A stretch of 63,332 nucleotides of DNA, counting the filler, from Octopus bimaculoides (Eukaryota): NCBI RefSeq assembly GCF_001194135.2. It is 7 parts of 7 records of this genome, joined end to end, with 100 filler letters (N's around TTAATTAATTAA, not from the genome) between each part and the next. Parts side by side here need not be neighbours in the genome. Positions count along the whole stretch, not along the records: positions 37,028 to 44,136 come from NC_069001.1; positions 44,237 to 55,347 come from NC_069003.1; 5 more parts are not named here. One strand, given 5' to 3'. A program made the position numbers and the translations under genes. The notes beneath the pieces are model-generated. The model did not search any database, was not told where the DNA came from, and was given only the letters and a program-made list of their open reading frames with translations. Shown here in pieces: positions 37,321 through 51,081 of this stretch; position 1 is the stretch's first letter; every line of letters begins with the position of its first letter.

Positions 37321-38001
37321 TTATACGTGTGTGTTTGTATGTGTGTGTGTGTATAGTCAAGTTCCTTTGTTCCAAATATTTTTTTCTGTCTTTGAATACT
37401 ATTTGATAAATACGTCCCCTCCCACGCTCTTCTCCTCCTCCCTTTTCTTTTCATTTCTTCTTTGTATTTCCGCTTTTGTATACGCATCAGATTCGAAACT
37501 GTAGTCACACATACTTCGTACATATATACTGCTGTGCGTATATCCGTAAATGAATATATCAATAGTTTCCTTTGCGTATGCATTAAAATAATCATAGGTG
37601 AGTTTATGGTGTTATAAACAAGCACAACAAGCAATAGTTTGATAAATAGTAACTTAATATTTAATTATGCATTATTTAATACTAAAGTGTGTATATTCAA
37701 GTGTGAGTGGATTGATAGATAGATAGATAGATACATACATACATACATACATACATACATACATGCATATATACATACATATATACATACATATATACAT
37801 ACATTCACTAATATACACATAATATATACATATGCATAAGTATATTGATGAATAAATAGGTAGAGAGAAAAGGATAGGGAGAAAAGGATAGAGAGATAGA
37901 TACTTATATACATTAGATAGACAGACAGAAAGACAGACAGCAGACAGTTAGGCAGACAGATGCATAGATACTTAAAATGACAAGAAGACAAATAGACAGA
38001 C

Positions 38002-38103
<102 letters not shown>

Positions 38104-38719
38104 ACTTCAAAAAAGAAGTTGATAACGCAATTGTAATTTTTAAGAATATTCATTTACATTTTTTGAGACGACATGATTTTCAAACGTAGGTTGAAATGGA
38201 AGACCGTGCTCTATGTTCAAGAAAATGTTGTTTGTGTTATTGTTATATTATGTTGCTGCTTAATCTGGCGTGGTGTACTGCAGTTTAGTCTAGTGTTCGG
38301 TGGTGCGTAAAACATGTGTTCCTGTCAGCCTTGTGTTGTGTTCTTGTTTGATGCATTCTGGTCAATGTAGCTTGTTGTGGTCTTGTCTAGTTACATTATT
38401 TAGTCTGGTATGGTGTATTATTTTTTAGCCTGGCATAATTTATTAATATATTTAATTTGGAAGAAATATTTAACTTGTGTGTTAATAATTTAAATGTTTA
38501 TGAGATTATTTTTTTCATATAAATTGTTATATTTTGTGTAGGATCAGAAAAAGTTTAAGAGTAAAATAATGGCATTGGAAGTTATAGACTAAAGTGAGCT
38601 TTATCTTTTAATGTGATATTAATAACGGCTTGATTTTGGATTTTTTCTCTGAAGAATTTTTTTTAATTACAATATTAATTTTGTTTTAATTCGACTTTTT
38701 GTGATTAGGCTTTATAACC

Positions 38720-39370
38720 ATATTGGTTTTAAATTGTGGCACAAGGTCAGCAGATTGTGGGGAAGGATTAAGTCAGTTACATCAACCCTAGTACTTTATC
38801 GACTCCCGAAAGGATGAAAGGTAAAATTGGCCACGGCGAAATTTGAACGTGAAGACGAATAATATACCTCTAAGCATTTCGCCCGGCATGCCAACGTTTC
38901 TTATTTCTTTATTGCCCACAAGGGTATAAACATAGAGGAGACAAACAAGGACAGAGAAAGGGATTAAGTCGATTAGATCGTCCCCAGTGCGTAACTGGTA
39001 CTTAATTTATCGACCCCGAAAGGAGGAAAGGCAAAATTGACCTCGGCGGAATTTGAACTCAGAACCTTATGGTAGACGAAATACTGCTGAGCACTTCGCC
39101 CGGCGTGCCAACGTTTCTGCCAACTCGCCGTCTTATAAAAAGAACATATTGGTTTCAAATTTTAACACAAGGCCAGCAATTTCTGGTGAGTAGTGGGGTA
39201 AATCAATTACATCGATGCCAGTATACAACTGGTACTTACTTTATCGACCCCCGAAAGGGATGAAAGATAAAATCGAACTCAGTGGTATTTGAAATCAGAA
39301 CGTAAAGACGGATGACATGCCGCTATGCCCTTTGCCCCGTGTGCTAACGATTCTACCATCTCATGGCCTT
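38720..39370 (-). mobile_element. Three tandem family B (Nin-type) SINEs, including a young copy at 38899-39129
   Basis: CpG-retaining copies: ttaatttatcgaccccgaaagg..gacctcggcggaatttgaactcagaac..ttcgcccggcgtgccaacgtttctgcc. Confidence 0.9.
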
Positions 39371-40639
39371 AATATATATTAATTATATCGATTAGTATTT
39401 CTATAGGGATCTTAGTGATCATTCCAGTGTATCTAATATATGGTGGTCACTTTAGTGCATTTGCGTCAATCTGGTGTGTTCTAGTCAGGTCTGATTTACT
39501 GTCTCATGTTATTTGTTGAGGCCAGATCAAGTGTGTATGGGCAATTTTCTTTTACGGTCAGGGGTTGTGTGATATCGGAAGATCTGTTATGTTACGATTA
39601 AAGTCTATTTTGAGATCTGATGTCGTATATTTTGACCAGCTCTGTTGCGTTACAAATTGGATATTGACTGTGGTGGTCAGCAAAGGTCTTCAATATCTGA
39701 AATGGTCTTAATACAGATGGTTGTAGTCGAGCGCATCACCGTAGCAGAGAAACAGAAATAAAAGCCAGTCTTCCTAGAATCACTAACAAAAATCCCCACA
39801 AACATAAACGAAAAGACAAAGCCAACTACCATTACATGAAAGCTTCAAAGTGAAAAATCTAGAACTATCTTTATTATAATGGATTAAAGCTATAAAAAAT
39901 CTATACTATGAAAATTCAATTTATCTTCAACATTATATATTTTATTTTATTATATTTTATTCAGTGTTATTTTATTACGTTCTAATATATCTGATTATAT
40001 CTTATTATGCTTCCTGGTAATTTAGTTATTTCATAGTTTTTGAAAAATTATTTTTAAATCATTCCATATAATGGAAAAGACGTGGCTTTTGGTAAGGAAG
40101 ATGGCGGCGGCGGCGGTGGTGGTGGTGGTGGTGGTAGTGGTAGGATTATAGTATTGGTTCTGGTAGTGTTGGTGGTGGTGGTCGGTCGTCTTTGTCGTCG
40201 TTGTCATTCTCGTCATCGTTGTTGTCTAGGTGATAGTTTCTGGGATAAACGGTCGCAGCAGGGGGTGTAGTGGTCCTGATGATTGCGGTAATGTAGATGG
40301 CGCTGATGGGGTTGATGGTGGTGGTGGTGGTGGTGGTGGCGGTAGCTTAGAGTGATGAAGATGAATTAATTTTAGATGTGCATTCTATGTCTTCCACATT
40401 CAAGTATGTAGCGCGAGTGTGTATGCACGTGCATGTACGTGTGAGCTTGTGTACGTTTGTATCTTCGTGTATGTATGTGGATGCATTGTGATGTACTAAT
40501 ATGGACAAGAAGTAAAGTTAAAGAAATTCATAAATGGACGCATTAATTTTAATATATTCATAAATACATGTTTAAATAAATACAGACAGACAAGCAGATT
40601 GCCAGAAAAATAGATACCAACAGATAAAAACATAGATAT

Positions 40640-41060
40640 TAATCTCTTTTACTCTTTTACTTGTTTCAGTCATTTGACTGTCGCTATCGAACCCAGGACT
40701 TATTCTTTGTAAGCCTAGTAGATATTCTATCGGTATCTTTTGCCAAACTGCTAAATTACGGGGACGTAAACACACCGGCATCGGTTGTCAAGCGATATTG
40801 GGGGGACAAACACAGACACACAAACACTTACACTCATACATATATANNNNNNNNNNNNNNNNNNNNNNNNNNNNNNNNNNNNNTATATATATATATATAT
40901 TTATATACGACGGGCTTATTTCAGTTTCCGTCTACCAAATCCATTCACAAGGCTTTGGTCGGCCTGAGGCTATAGTAGAAGACACTTGCGCAAGGTGCCA
41001 CGCAGTGGGATTGAACACAGAACCATGTGACTCGTAAGCTAGCTACTTACCACACAGCCA
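40640..41060 (-). mobile_element. Family A SINE with an assembly gap at its internal microsatellite
   Basis: Tail ctcttttactcttttacttgtttcag, internal (ta)-N-(ta), head ttaccacacagccac. Confidence 0.9.
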
Positions 41061-41230
41061 CTCATATTAATATAAATATATTTACACCCATACACATATA
41101 ACGTGTGTGTGTGTTTATATATGTATAATCTTATATATATATACATATATAAGACAGGTCGACAGATAGACAGAATGATAGATAGATAGATAGATAGACA
41201 GATAGATAGATAGACAGATACAGACATATG

Positions 41231-41276
<46 letters not shown>

Positions 41277-42085
41277 TGTATTATATGCATATATATGTAT
41301 TATATTATATACTTCATACATACCTATGTGTGTGCCTATCAATGTGAGCGGCTAATCCCACATACACGTACACACATGCATATACACAATAAGACACGGT
41401 TTCTGAGAAACCACTGAAAATATTAATTTATACGTCCGAAATGATATTTCTGTTATTAATCCAATTCTGCTACGTAGAAAAGTTTTGCAACTCTGAAGAT
41501 GTAACAATGCATTTTGATTATGTAATTGACATTATGTTAGTAATAATCATTCCTTGTTAATGAAACGTGCGTAAGATGGGGAATAAATATTTTATAGATA
41601 AGATCACATATGTTCTTTTATTTTCTACGGATTCTCTGAAATCTTCAAATGTTGATCCTTCCAAGGACCATAATAGGAATGGGAATGCATATAGAATTGT
41701 AAATACGGGATATTTGTCATTTCAATTTAAATTTTAAATAGAACTTCAGCAATTTCTTCTTTTCCTATTACGGTAGCTGCCAACATACATCTTTGATATA
41801 AATATGGCACTGCATGACGAAGCCTCAAAATTTAGTCACGTGATTAACAGGAGGCATTTTGCAAAACTGTGAACGGTAATTTCAACCATGAAATAAACAC
41901 ATATACTCTAGTTTTGTACTGTGTGCAGTTTTATTCTATTTGAACCCAAACATACTTCTTTGCATAGAACCATGCATAAACACATATATATATATATATA
42001 TATATACATATGTATGTATGTATCAATGTATGTACATATATGTATGAACAACATGTATATATATGCACGCATACATATATATATA

Positions 42086-42118
<33 letters not shown>

Positions 42119-42684
42119 ATAGTATAACTATCTGTATATATGTCCGCAAATACATATACACCAAGTGACAGATTTCGTTGCACAAACAAACTCTAGTTCT
42201 AGATCAATAACTGAAATATATTAAAACAATTATATGTATTTTGTCTTATTTTATATGTGAGGCCTCAGGGATCAAATAAGACGAAATTCATATGTTTATT
42301 TTAATATGTTGCAGTTATTGATTTGTGAGTATGCTTTCAATAACTCAATACAGCCTACATGTAAACGATACTGTACACGTGTGTGTGTGTGTGTGTTCAT
42401 GTGTGTCCGTCTGTCTGTCTGCGTACATATATGTATGCATATATATGTATACATACATACATACATACATACATACGTACGTACGTATGTACGATCGTTC
42501 ATACATATATACATGTAATACATACGAAAAGCACCAACTTTACTTTCGTTCAGCGGTGTCGATAAAATAAAGTACAATTAGAGTACGGATGTCGAGGGTA
42601 TCGACTAAACGTTCTCTCTGTAATATATTGACCGGTACCTAAATTAAAACCACACGCACGCGCATAGACAAACTCTATGCATAT

Positions 42685-43154
42685 GCAATCCAGGGACCTG
42701 ATGAGCAAAAGAGACAGTGTCGCTCTTGTAATCCCAAGGTGCTACCGCATGTGCAGGCTATGTCATGTTTCTGTGGAAGACATTACGCGTGTGATTAGTA
42801 GCTGTCCTAAAATGTCGTCGCGGTACTACCTCCCTACGCGACACGATGTTGTTGCTAAAACAATTTACAATGTCATCCGTAAAAAAGACTGTCCTGAAAC
42901 AAACTTAAAAAATCCCTCTCTTATGGAATAAATTCATAAACACTAACTCAAGGAATACTGGTGGAATATTCCCATCAAAACTTCTGTTAAATGTAAATAT
43001 AACAGGCTGAATGTTGTTGTTTGGGACAGAGGGGGGGGAGGCAAAGGTATGTACCATCATAGAGTTCAGCCGCCCAGCAGATATAGATATCTCTCTGAAA
43101 ATCAAAGAAAAAGAGGATATCTATGGACAACTGCTTCGAAACCTCCAGCTATAT
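42685..43154 (+). pseudogene. R4/Dong-like (RLE-clade) non-LTR retrotransposon C-terminal fragment
   Basis: CCHC-like knuckle CRLCHVSVEDITRVISSCPKMSSRYYLPTRHDVVAK, then EYWWNIPIKTSVKCKYNRLNVVVWDR and, after a frameshift in a G8 run, KVCTIIEFSRPADIDISLKIKEKEDIYGQL (restriction-like endonuclease layout). In-frame stops are present. Confidence 0.85.
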
Positions 43155-43763
43155 ATCTGTCGTATACGCGTGGCGGATATCTAAGAATGTCTCTTTGTGC
43201 TTGTGTTTGAACCTCATCAAGGCTTGACGACCGTTGTTGGTTTGTTTACGTCCCTCCCTGTAATGTAGCTGTTCGACAAAAGACACCGATAGACTAAAAC
43301 CGAAAATAAGTACAGGCGGCGATTTGTCCGACTAAAATCATCAAGACGGTACTCCTCCTTGGCTGCAGTCCAATAACGAAATCACGTTGAAAAAAAAAAA
43401 AAGATCCAAGATAAATTCATCGGTTAACAAAGTCACAAAAAAATACAGGTTCAGAAGGTAGATCCACACTCAGCGATACCAGTAACTCTAACGGGTTAGA
43501 GAGAGGGAATTAAAGAAAACGGTCGGCGTCATTATGGCGTTATATGAAACGGTGACCGTACACTCGATATTCCGATGAGTTTCCTCAACAAAACCAGCTG
43601 CCGATCTAATATATCGACTCCTTATTGATTGGTTGCAAGTCTTTTGTACTGGCTTTATATCATTATGGCTTTGTAGTGGTATTCATAATAGAATTTTACA
43701 CAATATGGCATTTAATATGATAATGTAATATGTTGTATACCTACTTATATATACATACGTATG

Positions 43764-43840
<77 letters not shown>

Positions 43841-43988
43841 TATTACATGTGTGTATGTATTTATGAATCTATGGATATATAAGTATATATGCGTATATGT
43901 GTGTGTCTGTATATGTGTGAATGCGTTTGTGTGTTTGTGAATCAATACATGAATTCACGTGCATAGCTTTACACAACAGTGCATTTCA

Positions 43989-44027
<39 letters not shown>

Positions 44028-44236
44028 GCATATAAATAAATATACGTATGTATGTTCATATATCTATGTACTTACACACCTGCATATGTATATGTGTATA
44101 TGTTTATGCATACCTGTATGTAGATATAGACATATANNNNNNNNNNNNNNNNNNNNNNNNNNNNNNNNNNNNNNNNNNNNTTAATTAATTAANNNNNNNN
44201 NNNNNNNNNNNNNNNNNNNNNNNNNNNNNNNNNNNN

Positions 44237-44283
<47 letters not shown>

Positions 44284-44580
44284 TACATACATACATACAT
44301 ACATACATATATGTAACAGTTTTAGTTTTTGCTGTTTTATTTTAGCTTTTCTTGTTAAAAGGGAACCACAAATTACACTTAAATTAGGGATCTCCAACAA
44401 AATATTAATGCAAGGTTAAACAGAATCTAAGCTGGTAAATGTATGTGCTGGCATAATAGTTTGAAAACATTGCTAAGCAGCAGAAATTAATTAATATCAA
44501 AAGATAAAGTTATTCTGTATGAGAGTGTGAAAAGTGGTTGAGCTAAAAACGATAATGTCTAAATGTCGGATTAATTTTAA

Positions 44581-45168
44581 ACCTTTAGCATTCAGATGGC
44601 TGCGTGGTAAGTAGCTTGCTTACCAACCACATGGTCCCGGGTTCAGTCCCACTGCGTGGCGCCTTGGGCAAGTGTCTTCTACTATAGCCTCGGGCCGACC
44701 AAAGCCTTGTGAGTGGATTTGGTAGACAGAAACTGAAAGAAGCCTGTCGTATATATGTATATATATAAATATGTATGTGTGTATGTGTTTGTGTGTCTGT
44801 GTTTGTCCCCCCAACATCGCTTGACAACCGATGGTGGTGTGTTTATGTCCCCGTAACTTAGTGGTTCGGCAAAAGAGACCGATAGAATAAGTACCAGGCT
44901 TCTAAAGAATAAGTCCTGGTGTCGATTTGCTCAACTAAAGGCGGTGCTCCAGCATGGCCACAGTCAAAAGACTGAAACGAGTAAAAGAGTAAAGAGTATT
45001 GTTTCGAATTAATCATGCATTATCTTGTAGCTTCAAGATTTCAATGGTGTGTTTGTATATATTGAGAATGACACTGTAGGGTAGGTGTGAGAGGTTGGAT
45101 CTGGTCAGTTTTATGTTAAAACATGTAGAATATTTGGGATGGATATGGCTGGATTAAATGCTAAAAGG
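44581..45168. mobile_element. piggyBac-type MITE interrupted by a family A SINE
   Basis: TTAA (44577-80) ACCTTTAGCATT at the left end and AATGCTAAAAGG TTAA (45169-72) at the right end. Confidence 0.65.
44598..44997 (+). mobile_element. Young near full-length family A SINE
   Basis: ggctgcgtggtaagtagcttgcttaccaaccacatggtcccgggttcagtcccactgcgtggcgccttgggcaagtgtctt...(ta/tg)n...gtaaaagagtaaagag. Confidence 0.95.
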
Positions 45169-45262
45169 TTAAAGATTACTAACCTCATCTTTTCGGGATG
45201 TGTTAGTAGCATTGTGGGCGGTGGTATAAATCTTTTCTTTGTATTTTTAATTGCTTTATCAG

Positions 45263-45360
45263 ACAAAGGACAGTACTCATGGTCTTTGTAACAGGAACTT
45301 GAGACTTGTAGCAGGAGTGGAGGATCACTGCCGTAGAAAGCAGGTCATCAAATACACTGC
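45263..45360 (+). CDS. Candidate 98 nt exon (TKDSTHGLCNRNLRLVAGVEDHCRRKQVIKYT), could be coding or UTR
   Basis: Long pyrimidine tract ttttctttgtatttttaattgctttatcAG, consensus donor GTAAGT at 45361, non-repetitive sequence, and only the phase-0 frame open. No homology recognised. Confidence 0.45.
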
Positions 45361-45464
45361 GTAAGTCTCAGATGAGAGAACTGATCTAAATTACATCTAA
45401 CTATGGACTATAACTGTACAAAGGGCACCGAAGGCCAAGCTGGAGAAGCTTCACAATGTGCGTG

Positions 45465-45489
45465 TGTGCACGCGCACACACGCACGCAT

Positions 45490-45575
<86 letters not shown>

Positions 45576-45579
45576 ACAC

Positions 45580-45621
<42 letters not shown>
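45465..45621. repeat. Long (CA)n followed by (CT)n microsatellite
   Basis: Directly visible. Confidence 0.97.
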
Positions 45622-45624
<3 letters not shown>

Positions 45625-46494
45625 GATGGGATTTCTTTCTGTTTCTGTTTAGTAAAGTCACTCACAACCCTTTGGTTGGCCCTAGACTGTGATAGAAGAG
45701 GCTTGTCCTAGGTGCTGCATAGTGGGACTCGACCCAGAGCCACACGGTTGGGAACCAAATCCATTCTAGCCTTCTGTACATAAAGCTCCTCTGGTATCAT
45801 ATAAAAATCGAGGGTAAGAATGTATAAATAGATTTTGTTCTGCTTGTATTTTGGTAACCAGGGATTAGGTCACATGATGTAATCATCATACTTTAGTAAG
45901 GATCTGTTTTCTTTCGAAATTTCTAAAATGCCTGGTACTATACTTGCCAAAATAACAAGACTGTTCAATTTGTTTTAATTATAAATTTGTTCTTTTTTTC
46001 TAGCACTACATTGTCTAAGCACAGGCTTAACTATATGTAGTTACTATGCTACATAGAACTGGTTAATATAGCATGTTTTTATCACTATTGAAGCTTTAGT
46101 TTGTTTATATTTGAAAGTACTTTAGAATGTTTTTGTTTGAAAGAGGTGGGGGCTGGGAGCTAATAACTCACAAAGAAAAAGGCACGTGGGATTTTAGGAT
46201 AATATTACATTACAATATCGGCGTACTAGTGGTTCACCATAGTTTTTGTTCCTCTTTGTAAGTGAGTGAATTTGTTAGAATGTAGAGGATACTTTAGAAA
46301 TGCTAGGTTTGTTGTTATTGTTATTCTTGCTGTAGTAAAGCAGTATTTTTTCAGAACTGTTTATGACTACGTTGTTAAACATGTCTTTTTCCATTCTTAA
46401 GTTGGGGCGAGGCATGATATGAGAAACATCTGATTGTTATTTGTAGTAGGTCAAGCAACCATGTTAAAGTCCTCCTCTTTGTATTACAATATTT

Positions 46495-46920
46495 GTTAAT
46501 ATTGGTTTCAAATTTTAGCACAAGGCCAGCAATTTCGGAGGAGGGAGTAAGTCGATTACATCAACCTCAGTGCTCAATTGGTACTTATTTTATCATCCCT
46601 GAAAGGATGAAAAGACAAAGTTGATCTTGGTGACATTTGAACTCAGAACAGCAGTTGAACTCACTCCCTTTCCATTCAACCAATAGTAACAATATCACTC
46701 AGGAGGTGAGCTGGCAGAATTGTTATCATGCTTGGCAAACTGCATAGTGGCATTTTGTCTATCTATACGCTTTAAGTTCAAATTCTGCCGAGGTCAACTT
46801 TACTTTCCATCCTTTTGGGGGTTGATAAAATAAGTACCAGTTGAGCATTGGGGACAATGTAATTGACTTACCCCATCTTTCAGAATTGCTGGCCTTGTGT
46901 CAAAACTTGAAACCAATATT
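46495..46920. mobile_element. Oppositely oriented pair of family B SINEs (minus ~46495-46640, plus ~46705-46920)
   Basis: Reverse-complement homologous Nin-type bodies about 60 bp apart. Confidence 0.85.
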
Positions 46921-47333
46921 GATTGGTCGAATTAAGTTTTTCCTAATATAGTAGTGGATGTGAAGCATTTTATCCTGGCCAATGCTTTAGTTACATCTGC
47001 TCCTATTAAATCTGTGGCTATTTTAGATAACTTGCACCCTTTCTTGTTGATTAATACTAGGTCAGCAAATGAACCAGCAAATTTATAACTGAAGGTGTTC
47101 CAGCTATGATCATCTTTATTTCAACCATTGTGTATCATGAACGCTGACTCTGAAACTTTTTGGCTTTATCTTTTACCTTCTACTTGTTTCAATCGTTAGA
47201 CTCTGACCATGCTGGGCCACCACCATGAAGAATTTTTAGTTGAATGAATCAACCTCTTTTGTTGAATCACTAAGTTATGGGGATGTAAACACACTAACAC
47301 CAGTTGTCAAGCAATGGGTGGGGGACAAATAAA

Positions 47334-47417
<84 letters not shown>

Positions 47418-48726
47418 AATATATGATGGGCCTCATTCTGTTTCTGTCTATCAAATCCACTCACAAGACTTTGGTTGGCCTGAAGTTATAGGTGAAGACA
47501 CTTCCCAAGATGCCATGCATTAGGACTGAACCTGGATCTACGTGGTTGTACCTACCATACAGCCACACTTGCACTTGGAATACTGAAGTTTTAATTTTTA
47601 AAATTATTCTGTTATTGGAGTGTCTGCCATATTTGTGCATGTATTTTTAAGATTTTGGTAATTGTGTGTAGATAAACTTTTTATGACATATTATTGGGAT
47701 ACAGCCTTTTGGTTTGCCAGCCCCCAGTCAAACTGTCCAACCCATGCCAGCATGGAAAGCGGACGTTAAATGACGATGATGATTATTGGGCTTGGATATT
47801 TTTTTTTAACAAATTCTTTCACATATCACCCAAAAATTGTGCTGGAGCATGTCAAATTCATTATTCCACTGCGGACATGCATGTTATAGATTCGTCATCA
47901 CCAATTTACATTATTGACTATGTCCTTTTTTTCTTTTATGACATTAGTATGTAGTTTGACAAATTGCTATTTCCATCAGCTTCAGCAACTGCATAATAGT
48001 ATCCTCAGTGTTAAACATGGGTGTTAAAAAGGTTGATGACCCAAGCAGAACTAACTAGCTTATGAATGTAACTGATCTGATTTGCTTTTTTTTATGTTTG
48101 TGTCATGGTTTTTGTGTTCCAAATTTTTTGCCAGTATATCGTATGTTAAATATCTTTTTCTTTCGTTTCCCTTATCTCTCTCTTCCCCTCTTTCTCTCCC
48201 CCTCTTTCTCTTCCCTCTCTCTCTCCTGTTTTGTTCCCATAGGTTGTGTGAGTGCTGTAAAATTATTTTTAGTTTGTTGAGAGCAAATTGTGTGTTGGAT
48301 CTTTCAGAGTTTATAATATATTTCAATAGATGGTGCTCAAAAGAGTCATCCCCTCCTCCATGCCGTCCAATAGCCAGCTCTGTTTCTTCCTACCCTATAC
48401 ACATCTAGTCAGCATTCTCTATTTTCAAAAGTGCCTTTTGCTAGGAATTCTCAACCCAAATATTATACATCTTAAATATTCCATTGTTAGCTATTTTTGT
48501 TTGTTTTATTTTCACCTAGGATTCATAACTATTTTGTCTATTGTTGCATTGTCACAGATCAACCCTAATTAAGCAGCCCTATCTATTATGATCAAAGGCA
48601 TTCTTTTTAAGATGATAGGGTGTGATTTGAGAGGCATTTGGCTGCTGTATGTTGCATATCAAGTGTATGTGTTGAAGCTCATTTAATATCTCATGACTGT
48701 TTGCTTTCCTACCCCATACCTGTTTT

Positions 48727-49020
48727 CATCATCATCATCATCATCATCGTTTAACGTCCGCCTTCCATGCTAGCATGGATTGGACGATTTGACTGAGGAC
48801 TGGTGAAACCGGATAGCAACACCAGCCTCCAATCTGATTTGGCAGAGTTTCTACAGCTGGATGCCCTTCCTAACGCCAACCACTCAGGGAGTGTAGTGGG
48901 TGCTTTTACGTGTCACCCGCACGAAGGCCAGTCAGATGGTACTGGCAACGGCCACCCTCAAAATGGTTTATTTTATGTGCCACCCGCACAAGAGCCAGTC
49001 CAGGGGCACTGGCAACGATA
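48727..49020 (-). mobile_element. RTE LINE 3' end (family C)
   Basis: (cat)n followed by cgtttaacgtccgccttccatgctagc.. as in the other copies. Confidence 0.9.
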
Positions 49021-49581
49021 AAATACCTACTAAGCACTCATTATTTCTTACAAGATAGCTGATTACTAGAAAGTATCTGCTTTTGTGCGCTTGGGTGTTG
49101 TGTACATATTACAACATGCCTATGTCTTTTCACAAAGTAGCATAGGTATGCCCGCACGTGTGTTGTGTACGTATTTCAACATGCTTGTGTCTTTTCAGGA
49201 AGTAGCACACGTCCAATTGTGTGGTTAAGAAGTCTGCTATGCAACCATGTGGTTCCAGAGTTGATCCGTGTGAGAGCTTCAACAAGTGTTTCTTGCCAAA
49301 GTCTCAGGTTGATCACTACCTCGCGATGGAACTTGGTGGACATTAACTATGAGGGAAACCATTACGTTTATCTTGTACTTGTCTCAGTAATTAGAGAGTG
49401 GCCATGCTGGGGCACTGCATTGCAGAATTTTTAGTCGAATCAATTGACCCCCAGTACTTATTTCTTTTAAAGCCTATCAAATCGTTTTGCTGAACTGCTA
49501 GATTCTGGCGATGTAAACACATCAACAATGGTTGTAAAGCGGTGGTGATGGACAAACATGTTTGCGCACGCACACACACCA

Positions 49582-49666
<85 letters not shown>

Positions 49667-50690
49667 GGGCTTCTTTCAGTTTCCGTGTACCAAATCCACT
49701 CACAAGGCTATAGTAGAAGACACTTGATCCTAACACTTATTTTTTTATAAGCCTGGCACTTATTCTACCACACCCTTCTGCTGAACTGCTAAGTTACAGG
49801 GATGTAAACAAACCAGCACCGTTTGTCAAGTGGTAGTGGTGGTGGGGACAAATACAAAGACACACACACATGTATGTGGCGGGTTTCTTTCAGTTTCCAT
49901 CTATCAAATCAATCCGCAAGGTTTTGGTCAGTCTGAGGCTCTAGTAGAACACACTTGCCCAAGGTGCCATGCAGTGGGACTGAACCTGGAACCACACAGT
50001 CATGCCTGTGCCTTTGTTTATCTTTTGCTGATGGTTATCAGTAAAATATATGAACATCAGTAAGACTTTGAAAAACCAGTGATTGGTTCATTGAAAATCT
50101 GTAACCTACTGTAGGCCTTCTTGTTTATACATTGCAATATAAAAAATGTGCATGCATGTGCATGCATGCGCATGCACAAACTCTTCACAGCCACATCCTC
50201 ATACTTGCATGTGTATAGATGCAAAAGCTCCAGCATAGGTTGTAATTCAACTTTTCATAAATTGGATATTTCAATCAGGCACCTAAAAATGTTTAGATAG
50301 AAGCAGTTTGAATTCTCAGGGTTTTTCTGTTTTTAGGAAAACAATGGAAATAGGCAAACACTAAGAATATTTATCATTGCATCTTTAAGCTCCTCCTACG
50401 TTTTAATTTAAATATTTTTGAAGATTTTTTTTTGTTTCTTTGTAAAATAAATACTATGATGGTTTATTTTTGAAGTATTTGTTTGTAATTACCTCAAAAA
50501 TTAATTAGATTAATAAGAAATAAAGCGAATTCATTTATTTGAATTTAGTCTAAATACCCTTCTAAGTTAAATATATTTGGCACCTAATTAATATCAAATC
50601 AGTGAGGGCACCTCTTATATCAGCAAAGTTGCCTTCAAACAACATCCTTAGAAAAGGAAGGACTCATTGGATAATGATGTCATTAATATA

Positions 50691-51081
50691 CTCTTTAATT
50701 GTTTCAGTCATTTGACTGCGGCCATGCTGTAGCACCACCTTTAGTCGAGAAAGTCGACCCCAGGACTTATTCTTTGTAAGCCTAGTACTAATTCTATCGG
50801 TCTCTTTTTGCCGAACCGCTAAGTTACGGGGACGTAAACACACCAGGATCGGTTGTCAAGTGATGGTGGAGGGACAAACACAGACACACAAACACACATA
50901 CATATAAATATATATATACGACGGGCTTCTTTCAGTTTCCGTCTACCAAATCCACTCACAAGGCTTTGGTCGGCCCGAGGCTATAGTAGAAGACACTTGC
51001 CCAAGGTGCCACACAGTGGGACTGAACCCGGAACCATGTGGTTGGTAAGCAAGCTACTTACCACACAGCCACTCCTGTGCC
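50691..51081 (-). mobile_element. Near full-length family A SINE
   Basis: Reverse complement of 44598-44997 at high identity, with internal (ca)(ta). Confidence 0.95.

Noticed and set aside
40098-40108. AAGATGGCGGC (YY1-like or start-codon context)
   Set aside because: It runs into a GGC/GGT triplet repeat and a 15-codon ORF, so there is no independent promoter evidence.
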